A stretch of 32,000 bases of DNA from Halomicrobium mukohataei DSM 12286 (lineage in GTDB: Archaea > Halobacteriota > Halobacteria > Halobacteriales > Haloarculaceae). Positions within the stretch are counted from its first letter, which is position 1, and every line of letters begins with the position of its first letter. The notes beneath the pieces are model-generated. The model was not told where the DNA came from. It saw only the letters and a list, made by a program, of their open reading frames with translations, and did not search any database. Shown here piece by piece: positions 17,031-24,684 of this stretch. The translations under genes were made by a program, and so were the position numbers. The DNA is taken from NCBI RefSeq assembly GCF_000023965.1, contig NC_013202.1:2070001-2102000 (forward strand), written 5' to 3'.

Positions 17031-19577
17031 ATGAGTACACGCACGGTCGAGCAGATCGACTCGTGGGACACCGTGCCCTTCTCGGGTGGGTACGAGGGGC
17101 TCCGCGAGCTGGCCGACTCGGAGTTTTCCGGCGTCGTCGCCGGTCCGTCTCGGCTGTTCATGCTCAACGGCAACGTCGTCGGAATCCTCGACGGATCGAT
17201 CGAGGACTTCGAGGACGCCGATGGGACCGCACGGAAAGCACCGCATCCCGGACTGCCGTTGCTGGCAGTCATGCAAGAGCACTCCGACGAGGTCAGGGCG
17301 AAGTACTACACCGAGGACACGCCCATCGCCGAGGTCGACCAGACGCTCTCCAGTGGCGGTTTCACCGGCTACGTCGAGCTCTCGGAGAACGTTCTCTCGG
17401 GCGACTACTACCAGATCTACCACCAGGGGCGCTCGATGAGCGTCGCCTGGGTGGGCAACAGCGACCAGCTCGTGACCGAAGACGAGGCCTTCGAGCAGGC
17501 CAACGACGAAGTCGGGATCTACGAGGTCCGGCCGGTCGACATCGAGATCGTCGACGTGCCGGAGCCGACGACGCCCGAGCCGGCGTCGAGCGAGGAGACG
17601 GCAGGTGTTTCCGGCCAAGCGCCGGGCGACGACGGGCCAGCGGACGAACCCGCCCCGGAATCGGCTGCGTCTCCGGGCCCGGACACTGCCGACGAGCCGA
17701 CAGCGCCGGGCGACGACGGACCAGCCGACACCACCGCAGACGACGCCGGTGGGGGTGCGGCGGGACACGGCGGGAACACCCGAACGGATCCCGTCGCGAA
17801 GACGGGGACAGAGACGACACGGCGCCACGAAGCGGACGCCGACGCCCGCGAACAGACCGAGCCACGCAGGTCAGAGCCGTCGTCGACGGACGAACGGTCG
17901 GACGCGGCTGCGGACTCGCCCGCGCCGTCCTCCGAGTCCCGGGAACCCGAGCAGTCACCGCCGGACCGAACACCCGAGCAGTCGCCCGACAGCCACCAGC
18001 GTCCCCGCGACCGATCCCAGAGCGATCAGACGCCGGCCGGCGACAGATCCGGGGAGCCGACGCGGCGCGAACGGGAGACCCAGAGCCAGCCCGCGACCGA
18101 CCGGCCTGCGGGCGAGAACGCGACACGCGCGTCCAGCGAGCCGGTCGATCCTCAGCCCACCGACAGCGTCTCGGAGGAACCCGAGGCGGGCAGACAGCCC
18201 GAACCAGCGGGGCAGTCCGCGAGTGGCACTGGCGTCGCGCCCGCGCCCAACGATCCGTCGGCCGCGGGTGCCGGTGACCTCGAAACTCGTTCTATCCCGT
18301 CGCTCGATCCGTCTCACTCCGGCACTGCGAGCGCGGTCGCGGCCGCCGACGAGCGCTCGGACCCGGAGCCGTCGGCCGGGACGAACGGCGGTGTCGAGAG
18401 CGACCCGGAGCCCGAGCGCCGCCAGTCTCGCCATCCCGGCGCACCGGCCGACCAGCAGTCGGCGACGGCTGAGCCGGAGCCGGACCGAACGCGCGAGCCC
18501 GAGCGCTCCGCCGAGGCGACCGAGCGCCGCCGTCCCCAGCCGGGAGACGAGCCCGAACGACAGCCGACGGGACGGGCCGACCAGCAGTCGGCGGACACGG
18601 CCCAACGTCAGCCGACGGACGAACCAGCGCCCGAGCCGACGGACACGACAGAGCGCGTCGCGGAACTCGAACAGGCTCTCGAAGAGACCGAGGCCGAGCG
18701 CGACCAGCTCCAGTCCGAACTCGACACGCTCGCGAACGAGCGCGATCAGCTCCAGTCCGAACTCGAAGAGGCTCGCACGGAGATCGAACGGCTCGAACAG
18801 CGCGTCGAGGAGCTGTCGGTCGAAGACGACGACGTGCCGGCCGCGGAGACGCGGCTGAGCCAGCGAGAGGCCATCGACCAGACGAACCTCTTCGTTCGCT
18901 ACAACTCGAAAGGCGACGCGACGCTCGCTGCCGTCCACTCCGGGAACGCCGACCGATCTGGGGTCGACGACAATCTCAGACTGGAGTTTCACACGCAGTT
19001 CGACGCGGCGACGGCGGCGGTCGGTGACACGGAGTTCGAGACGTTCCTGCCCGAGAGCATCCAGTACCGGTTCGTCGACTGGCTCGTCAGGAACCTCCTC
19101 TACGAGATTCGCGACACCGGCAACCCCGAAGCGATGTCGGAGCTGTTCGACGCACTGCCACAGATCGACAGAGCGGAACTCAACGGGCAGATCGCCGTCG
19201 AATACACGGAAGACGGCGAGCAACACCGCTCCCAGGAGCAGTTCGACGTGGTCGTGCGCGACCGGATGGGGAATCCGCTGATCGTCGCCAACATCAACGA
19301 CTCCCGCGATCCGGCGACTGACGACATGATGACCGACCTGATCACGCGGGCCGAACGAGTCGGGTCATCGAACGAGTCACTGGCCGGTGCCTTCCTCGTT
19401 ACCGAGAGCTTCTTCGAACCGCCTGCGCTCGAAACGGCCGAGGAGGCGACTTCCAGCGGACTGCTGAGCCGCGACAAGCGAAAGAGCTTCGTCAACCTCT
19501 CGCGCAAGGACGGTTATCACCTCTGTCTGGTCGAGGCGCGCAACCAGGAGTTCCACCTCGCGGTCCCGGAACTGTAA
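17031..19577 (+). CDS. Large acidic modular protein of unknown function (N-terminal globular domain, ~400-aa disordered D/E/P/S/T-rich region, coiled coil, C-terminal globular domain)
   Basis: 848 aa from ATG 17031, with AGTATTTG ~29 nt upstream. Codon usage and acidity are typical of the host. Heptad-like segment ERVAELEQALEETEAERDQLQSELDTLANERDQLQSELEEARTEIERLEQRVEELS. No catalytic motif recognised. Confidence 0.75.
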   Translation: MSTRTVEQIDSWDTVPFSGGYEGLRELADSEFSGVVAGPSRLFMLNGNVVGILDGSIEDFEDADGTARKAPHPGLPLLAVMQEHSDEVRAKYYTEDTPIAEVDQTLSSGGFTGYVELSENVLSGDYYQIYHQGRSMSVAWVGNSDQLVTEDEAFEQANDEVGIYEVRPVDIEIVDVPEPTTPEPASSEETAGVSGQAPGDDGPADEPAPESAASPGPDTADEPTAPGDDGPADTTADDAGGGAAGHGGNTRTDPVAKTGTETTRRHEADADAREQTEPRRSEPSSTDERSDAAADSPAPSSESREPEQSPPDRTPEQSPDSHQRPRDRSQSDQTPAGDRSGEPTRRERETQSQPATDRPAGENATRASSEPVDPQPTDSVSEEPEAGRQPEPAGQSASGTGVAPAPNDPSAAGAGDLETRSIPSLDPSHSGTASAVAAADERSDPEPSAGTNGGVESDPEPERRQSRHPGAPADQQSATAEPEPDRTREPERSAEATERRRPQPGDEPERQPTGRADQQSADTAQRQPTDEPAPEPTDTTERVAELEQALEETEAERDQLQSELDTLANERDQLQSELEEARTEIERLEQRVEELSVEDDDVPAAETRLSQREAIDQTNLFVRYNSKGDATLAAVHSGNADRSGVDDNLRLEFHTQFDAATAAVGDTEFETFLPESIQYRFVDWLVRNLLYEIRDTGNPEAMSELFDALPQIDRAELNGQIAVEYTEDGEQHRSQEQFDVVVRDRMGNPLIVANINDSRDPATDDMMTDLITRAERVGSSNESLAGAFLVTESFFEPPALETAEEATSSGLLSRDKRKSFVNLSRKDGYHLCLVEARNQEFHLAVPEL

Positions 19578-19581
19578 CTGA

Positions 19582-19605
19582 CGGATCGAACGGCGATTCG
19601 ATCCG
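19582..19605. terminator. Candidate bidirectional terminator hairpin between convergent genes
   Basis: Perfect 9-bp inverted repeat CGGATCGAA-N6-TTCGATCCG, 5 nt after the stop of the 848-aa gene and 42 nt after the stop of the minus-strand regulator. No clear T-run. Confidence 0.35.
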
Positions 19606-19647
19606 GAGAACTGAACGTGGCTGTCCGATCCCCACCCGACTGGAGCG

Positions 19648-19953
19648 TCAGCCTTCGATTTCGGCGGCGTCTTCGATCTTCATGCCTTCGAGCTTGTCGA
19701 TGATCTCGTCGACTTTCTCGTCGAGGTCGTCGACGAACTCGGAGGTCTGTTCGGTCGTGATGGCACCCTGGCTCGACGGCTCGATGAGGTTCTCCTCTTC
19801 GAGGACGCGCAGCGAGTACCGAACCTTGTGGTGCGGGTAGCCCGTCTCGTTGGACATCTTCACGATACCGATCGGTTCGTTCTCGATGACCATCCGCAGA
19901 ACCTGCAGATGACGCTCCAGCATATCTACTTCCTTCTCAAGCCTATCTATCAT
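19648..19953 (-). CDS. Winged-helix (wHTH) transcriptional regulator, small
   Basis: 101 aa. LQVLRMVIENEPIGIVKMSNETGYPHHKVRYSLRVLEEENLIEPS reads as a wHTH DNA-binding domain, followed by an acidic helical tail. Confidence 0.7.
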   Translation of the reverse strand: MIDRLEKEVDMLERHLQVLRMVIENEPIGIVKMSNETGYPHHKVRYSLRVLEEENLIEPSSQGAITTEQTSEFVDDLDEKVDEIIDKLEGMKIEDAAEIEG

Positions 19954-19980
19954 GGCAATTGTTAACTTGTGTTTGCAGGA

Positions 19981-19988
19981 TTTAAAAG
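19981..19988 (-). promoter_or_regulatory. TATA box (TTTAAAAG / minus strand CTTTTAAA) for the wHTH regulator gene
   Basis: Centred ~31 nt upstream of ATG at 19953. It is the strongest AT-rich consensus-like box in the window. Confidence 0.45.
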
Positions 19989-20160
19989 TTGCTGTCGTGG
20001 GGGGCCGTTTGCCGGTATATTTCGCCGATCCCCACCATCTGGCAGCGAGCTATCTTAGCGTACAGCGAATGTGTGCATAAAGCTGTCGTGGTGCGTGCGC
20101 ACAGTCTCGTCGCGCGCGGTACCGTAATCTGTTTACCCCGGTGGCTGAAAGTCGGGATTG

Positions 20161-21555
20161 ATGACCGTAACCATCGTCGGCTCGCAGCTCGGCGACGAAG
20201 GGAAAGGCGGGATCGTCGACGTCTACGGCGACGCGGCGGACATCGTCGTCCGCTATCAGGGCGGCGACAACGCCGGCCACACCGTCGTCGACGGCGGCGA
20301 GGAGTACAAGCTCTCCCTCGTTCCGAGCGGAGCCATCCGCGGGAAGATCGGCGTTCTCGGGAACGGGTGTGTCGTCAACCCCGAGACGCTGTTCGACGAA
20401 CTCGACGCGCTGCGCGAGCGGGGGATCGAACCCGACGTTCGCGTCGCCGCTCGTGCCCACGTTATTTTCCCTTACCACCGCGTTCTCGACGGAATCGAAG
20501 AAGACGCAAAGAGCGAGGAAGGTGATCTCGAAGCGGCGACGACCGGCCGCGGTATCGGCCCGACCTACGAGGACAAGGCGGGCCGGCGCGGCGTTCGCGT
20601 CGGCGATCTGCTCGATCCCGAGACCCTCCGGGCCCGACTGGAGTACGTCGTCCCCCAGAAGCGTGCCCTCGCGGCGGACGTGTTCGGCATCGAGACCGAC
20701 GAGGCCTTCGAGGTCGAGCCGCTCTTCGAGCAGTACCGCGAGTACGGCCGCCGACTCCGAGAGGAAGGCATGGTCGTCAACGTCGGCTCGTTCCTCGACG
20801 ACGCCATCGACGGCGGCCAGAACGTCATGCTCGAAGGCGCTCAGGGCACCTCGATCGACATCGACCACGGAATCTACCCATACGTCACCTCCTCGAACCC
20901 GACGGCCGGCGGGGCCTGTACCGGGACCGGCCTGGGTCCGACCACGGTGGGCCAGGGCGAAGTCCTCGGGATCGTGAAAGCATACCTCTCACGCGTCGGT
21001 ACCGGCCCGCTCCCGACGGAGCTGGCCGGCGTCGAGGGCCACACGCCCGGCTACGAGGACAGTGAGTCACCGGATGTCTCGGCGGACATCGCCCAGCCAC
21101 AGAGCGAGGAGGAGCTGGCACACTACATCCGCGAAGAGGGCGGCGAGTACGGGACCGTCACCGGCCGCGCGCGCCGCGTCGGCTGGCTCGACATGCCCAT
21201 GCTTCGCCACGCCGCGCGGGCCTCCGGCTTCACCGGGATCGTCGTCAACCACGTCGACACGCTCGCGGGACTGGACGAGATCCGGGTCGGCCACTCCTAC
21301 ACGCTCGACGGCGACGAACTGCTTTCGATGCCCCCGACGACCGAACGGTGGGGCGAGTGTGCGGTCAACTACCGGACCTTCGAGGGATGGGACGAGCAGG
21401 ACTGGGCCGCGATCGCCGACGAGGGCTACGACGCGCTCCCGGAGACGGCCCGGACCTACCTGGAGTACGTCAGCGACGAACTCGACGTTCCGATCTACGC
21501 GGTCGGCGTCGGTCCCGGCCGCGAGGAGACGATCGTCTGCGAACGGCCGTTCTAG
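20161..21555 (+). CDS. purA: Adenylosuccinate synthase
   Basis: MTVTIVGSQLGDEGKGGIVD P-loop, YQGGDNAGHTV, TTGRGIGPTYEDK and GTVTGRARRVGWLD. ATG 20161 is preferred over the TTG at 20158. Contains an acidic halophile-type insertion (YEDSESPDVSADIAQPQSEEELAHY). Confidence 0.95.
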   Translation: MTVTIVGSQLGDEGKGGIVDVYGDAADIVVRYQGGDNAGHTVVDGGEEYKLSLVPSGAIRGKIGVLGNGCVVNPETLFDELDALRERGIEPDVRVAARAHVIFPYHRVLDGIEEDAKSEEGDLEAATTGRGIGPTYEDKAGRRGVRVGDLLDPETLRARLEYVVPQKRALAADVFGIETDEAFEVEPLFEQYREYGRRLREEGMVVNVGSFLDDAIDGGQNVMLEGAQGTSIDIDHGIYPYVTSSNPTAGGACTGTGLGPTTVGQGEVLGIVKAYLSRVGTGPLPTELAGVEGHTPGYEDSESPDVSADIAQPQSEEELAHYIREEGGEYGTVTGRARRVGWLDMPMLRHAARASGFTGIVVNHVDTLAGLDEIRVGHSYTLDGDELLSMPPTTERWGECAVNYRTFEGWDEQDWAAIADEGYDALPETARTYLEYVSDELDVPIYAVGVGPGREETIVCERPF

Positions 21556-21604
21556 ACCGTCGACACCCGGCACGTTTTTCACAGCGCCGACCGGAGACGG
21601 GTGT

Positions 21605-21799
21605 ATGAAGGAGGATCTGATGGACATCATCTGCTGTCCGCTCGACAAGCACGAGCTCGACCTCGAAGTCGACGAGCGCGACGACGAGGAAGTGCTCGCC
21701 GGCTCGCTGGTCTGTACGGAGTGTGGCGAGAGCTACCCGATCGAAGACGGGATCCCGAATCTCCTCCCGCCGGACATGCGCGAGGACGCGCCGGCCTGA
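21605..21799 (+). CDS. trm112: Trm112-family small zinc-ribbon protein (methyltransferase activator)
   Basis: 64 aa: MKEDLMDIICCPLDKHELDL...LVCTECGESYPIEDGIPNLLPPD. It is the only protein-like part of track ORF 21062-21799. A T-rich box lies ~28 nt upstream. Confidence 0.75.
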   Translation: MKEDLMDIICCPLDKHELDLEVDERDDEEVLAGSLVCTECGESYPIEDGIPNLLPPDMREDAPA

Positions 21800-21849
21800 T
21801 GGCTGTCACTACGTGAACCTTTTTCTGCCGGCGTCGCCCACTCTCTGGC

Positions 21850-22407
21850 GTGCCTGATACGTTACCCGTGCACGTCAACAGGGCGTCGTTGCACTCGCTC
21901 GAAGTCGCCGACCGCTTCGAGACCGACGACTCCTTCGAGATCCTGTTGATCAACCACGGCGAGCCGACCCACGTTCACCTGCACGTAGACGACGCCCTCT
22001 CGGAACTGGCCTCGATCGAAGCGCCGAACCACCACGTCGAGCGCGAGTCCGAGCGGCGGGTTCGCGTCACCGTCCACAGCCACGGCTCGACGTTCGGCAA
22101 GCTCAAGATCGCTACCAGCTACGGGGCCGAGACTCGCTACGTCGACGTCGACATCGACGAGCCAATCGAGACCGAGGAGCCTGTCCAGGTCGACGAGTCG
22201 CTGTCCAAGCCCCAGCCCCGGTCGGACGGGCGCGACGACGCGACCGGCGTGAGCGCGGTTCCGTGGCCGTTGCTGGCTCTCGGGCTCGTCGCCGTCGCGC
22301 TGGCGCTCGTGGTCGCAGCCTGGGTCGGTGGGACGGCCGCCTGGCTCGGGGCGTTCGTCGTCGTCGCGGCCGTCGCCGTCGCGACCGCGCTCGCAGTCGG
22401 CGAGTGA
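21850..22407 (+). CDS. Conserved-looking hypothetical protein with C-terminal double-TM anchor
   Basis: 185 aa. GTG start is supported by CCTTTTTCT ~28 nt upstream. His-rich beta-type N-domain (EPTHVHLHVDD..HHVERESERRVRVTVHSHG), acidic linker and Ala/Val-rich TM region. Confidence 0.55.
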   Translation: MPDTLPVHVNRASLHSLEVADRFETDDSFEILLINHGEPTHVHLHVDDALSELASIEAPNHHVERESERRVRVTVHSHGSTFGKLKIATSYGAETRYVDVDIDEPIETEEPVQVDESLSKPQPRSDGRDDATGVSAVPWPLLALGLVAVALALVVAAWVGGTAAWLGAFVVVAAVAVATALAVGE

Positions 22408-22410
22408 CGA

Positions 22411-23490
22411 TCACTCCGCGTCGGTCTCGACGCCACAGAGGTTCCCCTCGTCGTCGAACAGCTTCGCCCGCAGGAATCGCGTTCGGTAGCGGTTAGCTCC
22501 GTCGTACACGTCGGCCTCCCTGATCGCTTCGGTCTCGCCGTTGGCCACCGCCTCGACGATCCGCTCGACCTGTTCTTTCTCGCTCGGGGTGAGCTCGAAC
22601 TCGTAGGTCTGGGCCTGTTCGCCTTCCAGCTTCGTCCAGCGGCGCGCGGCAGAAATCACCAGCGAGCACGGTTCGCGACACGGGAACTCGCCGTCACCGC
22701 CGTCGACGTCGAGTTCGGTCTCGTCGTCGTACTCCCACTCCCGACGCTTCAGACACTGCGAGTCGTCACAGCAGGCCTCGGCGACCCAGTTGACGTGTTC
22801 GTACCCCTCGCCGCGATCCCAGGTCTGGACCACGCCGTAGATCCCGCTCTGGCGCTCCATCGTCTCGCGCCAGTGGTTGACGTCGAGGTCGCCGGTCCGT
22901 TCGCGGTGCCAGTTGGCCACTGTCGCGGGGTAGACGAACTCGACGGTCTGGACCAGATCGGCCGGGTCGAGGTCGACGAACTGCCAGCCGGTCCGCAGCG
23001 TCGGAGCCGTCTTCAGCGGACGGTACTTGCCGTCGTCGTCGTGCTTGACGAGCGTTCGCGCGTCGAGCGGGTCGTCGTAGCGTTCGGGCGTCGCGTCCGT
23101 GGCCGTGTCGTCGACGTGACTGATGTCGTAGCGCCGATTGCCGTCGTCGATACGGGCCGTGATCCGTAGCTGTCCCCAGGTCTGGGTCACGCCCTCGGCG
23201 AGCGCGTCGTAGCGCTCTGGCACCGTGCGTTCTTCGGCCCCCTCGATCCAGCGGAGGAACGCCCACCGGTCTGCCTTCTGTGGCGCGCTCGCGTGCCAGA
23301 AGTACCAGTTCGAGACGTACGCAGGGTACTCTGTCGCGACGCGACGGAGGTCGTCGTCGGTCTCGACCGTGTGACTGTCGCCGTCGACCTCGACGACGTA
23401 ACCGCGGTCGTCCGGTTCCACGGCGAGTCCGTCGAACGCGATGCCGTCGGCTGCCGTCGTCACCAGTGCGTCCAAGTGGGCACCCTGCAT
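22411..23490 (-). CDS. DR2241-family protein (Cys-rich, putative Fe-S; usual partner of CbiX)
   Basis: 359 aa. Cys cluster AEACCDDSQCLKRREWEY...FPCREPCS. The Trp/Tyr-rich N-half and position downstream of a cbiX gene match my recollection of the DR2241 family. Not searched. Confidence 0.65.
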   Translation of the reverse strand: MQGAHLDALVTTAADGIAFDGLAVEPDDRGYVVEVDGDSHTVETDDDLRRVATEYPAYVSNWYFWHASAPQKADRWAFLRWIEGAEERTVPERYDALAEGVTQTWGQLRITARIDDGNRRYDISHVDDTATDATPERYDDPLDARTLVKHDDDGKYRPLKTAPTLRTGWQFVDLDPADLVQTVEFVYPATVANWHRERTGDLDVNHWRETMERQSGIYGVVQTWDRGEGYEHVNWVAEACCDDSQCLKRREWEYDDETELDVDGGDGEFPCREPCSLVISAARRWTKLEGEQAQTYEFELTPSEKEQVERIVEAVANGETEAIREADVYDGANRYRTRFLRAKLFDDEGNLCGVETDAE

Positions 23491-23529
23491 GGTCGAACGG
23501 ACGGATTCTGTCGAGAAAAGTGGGGCGAT

Positions 23530-23613
23530 TCATACTACCGGCTGTAAATCTGTGAACGATTTCGCCACCCCGGGGTGGCGAAGATCTTCACGAAGTTACA
23601 GCCGGCAGTATCA
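23530..23613. repeat. Long-hairpin palindromic element, copy 2 (TCA-flanked; contains a 22-bp perfect palindrome)
   Basis: TCA|TACTACCGGCTGTAA..GTGAA..TTCGCCACCCCGGGGTGGCGAA..TTCAC..TTACAGCCGGCAGTA|TCA. The outer stem has 15 Watson-Crick pairs and one A:C. Confidence 0.8.
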
Positions 23614-23642
23614 GTGGGACATCTGGCCCCAGTACTCGGGGC

Positions 23643-23727
23643 TCATACGGAAAGTTGTAGTTGCTTACCGGTGAGCGTCGCCACGGGGTAGACGCTCACC
23701 GGTAAATTCCTACAACCGTCCGTATCA
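23643..23727. repeat. Long-hairpin palindromic element, copy 3 (divergent relative; its terminal TCA is the cbiX stop codon)
   Basis: TCA|TACGGAAAGTTGTAG-TTGC-TTACCGGTGAGCGTC-(11-nt loop)-GACGCTCACCGGTAA-ATTC-CTACAACCGTCCGTA|TCA. 15-bp perfect inner stem. The outer stem is homologous to copies 1 and 2. Confidence 0.75.
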
Positions 23728-24600
23728 GTCGCCCCTGGCCTCTGCCCCGCCGGTCTCGGATTTCACTCGCTGGATCGCGTCGCCCACGTCCGCGCCCGCG
23801 TCGGCGGCCCGTTCGAGCAACACGTCGGCCATCAGGGGCTCCGTTCCGACGGCACCGGAGTACCAGATGTCGTGGCCGTCGACCGTCGTGGGCACGTCGT
23901 ATCCGGTCCGGTAGTCGTCGGTCAACCCCATGTCCTCGGGGATGTCTTCCTCGGTGTGGTAGCCGTCGGCGACGAACAGCGGCACGACGACGATGTCGTC
24001 GCTCTCGAAGTACTCCGTCACGTCGTCGATCTCGGGGTCCTCGTCCATGAACAGCGCCTGCACTTCGTCGAAGCGGTCGCGCTCCCCGATGCGGTCGGCG
24101 TGGTACTCGATGGCCTTCGCGGAGTTCTCGTTGCGCTCCGTGCCGTGACCGACGACCGCGAGCCCGAAGCCGTCGCCGACATCCCGATCGCCGGTCACGG
24201 ACTGGGCTCGCTGGACGATCACGTCGCTCATCGCGTCGTGGGTCCCGGCGGGACCACAGTAGTGGATCGTCTGCCCGGTGTCTTCGGCCGTCAGCGTCGC
24301 CGTGTCGGCGCTGGTGCCGTCCGAGTCCCACAGCTCGGGCTCCCACTCGTCGAGGCGGAACTCGCGGGGGATCACCTGCTCGGTGAAGTACCCCTCACTG
24401 ATAAAGAGCGGCACGAGATAGACCTCGTCGGCGTCGACGGTCCGCAGCACTTCCCTGAAGTGTGGCTCCTCTTTCCAGAAGCTCTCGCGGACCTCGTCGA
24501 AGGCGCTCACCGCGCGGATCGTGTCCGCGTGGTCGAACGTCGGCGTCGATGACCCGGCGCTGAGATGCGATCCGTGGGCCGCGATGACGAGCGCTTGCAT
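23725..24600 (-). CDS. cbiX: Sirohydrochlorin cobalto/ferrochelatase, long two-domain CbiX
   Basis: 291 aa. Two CbiX repeats beginning ALVIAAHGSH and GLAVVGHGTERN, each followed by VPLF(I/V)..GYH/F motifs. Confidence 0.85.
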   Translation of the reverse strand: MQALVIAAHGSHLSAGSSTPTFDHADTIRAVSAFDEVRESFWKEEPHFREVLRTVDADEVYLVPLFISEGYFTEQVIPREFRLDEWEPELWDSDGTSADTATLTAEDTGQTIHYCGPAGTHDAMSDVIVQRAQSVTGDRDVGDGFGLAVVGHGTERNENSAKAIEYHADRIGERDRFDEVQALFMDEDPEIDDVTEYFESDDIVVVPLFVADGYHTEEDIPEDMGLTDDYRTGYDVPTTVDGHDIWYSGAVGTEPLMADVLLERAADAGADVGDAIQRVKSETGGAEARGD

Positions 24601-24684
24601 AGCCCGTTCTTGGGGAGAGGCGGTCTTAGGGGCTTCGTTGCCGGAACCAGTGGCGCTTTTCCGGGGCCGACGGAACGGTCCGCT

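Noticed and set aside
16932-19226. Several 250-425-aa ORFs in other frames or strands over the 848-aa gene (16932-17828, 17003-18277, 17362-18126, 17605-18858, 17955-19226)
   Set aside because: They are Arg/Pro/Ser-rich translations of the repetitive GC-rich region. The chosen frame is the only one that is acidic, has a coiled coil and globular ends, and has a correctly spaced TATA-like box.
20021-20150. Possible decayed fourth copy of the hairpin element upstream of purA (ATTTCGCC at ~20029, ACCCCGGTGGC at ~20135)
   Set aside because: Only 8-11-nt partial matches, separated by ~100 nt. No terminal TAC...GTA arms, no TCA flanks and no long stem. Indistinguishable from chance.
23530-23727. 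Possible CRISPR array (two adjacent palindromic repeats)
   Set aside because: There are only two units, of different sequence, each ~84 bp and fully hairpin-forming, separated by 29 nt. There is no regular repeat-spacer periodicity and no cas genes. The third copy is solitary, 7 kb away.
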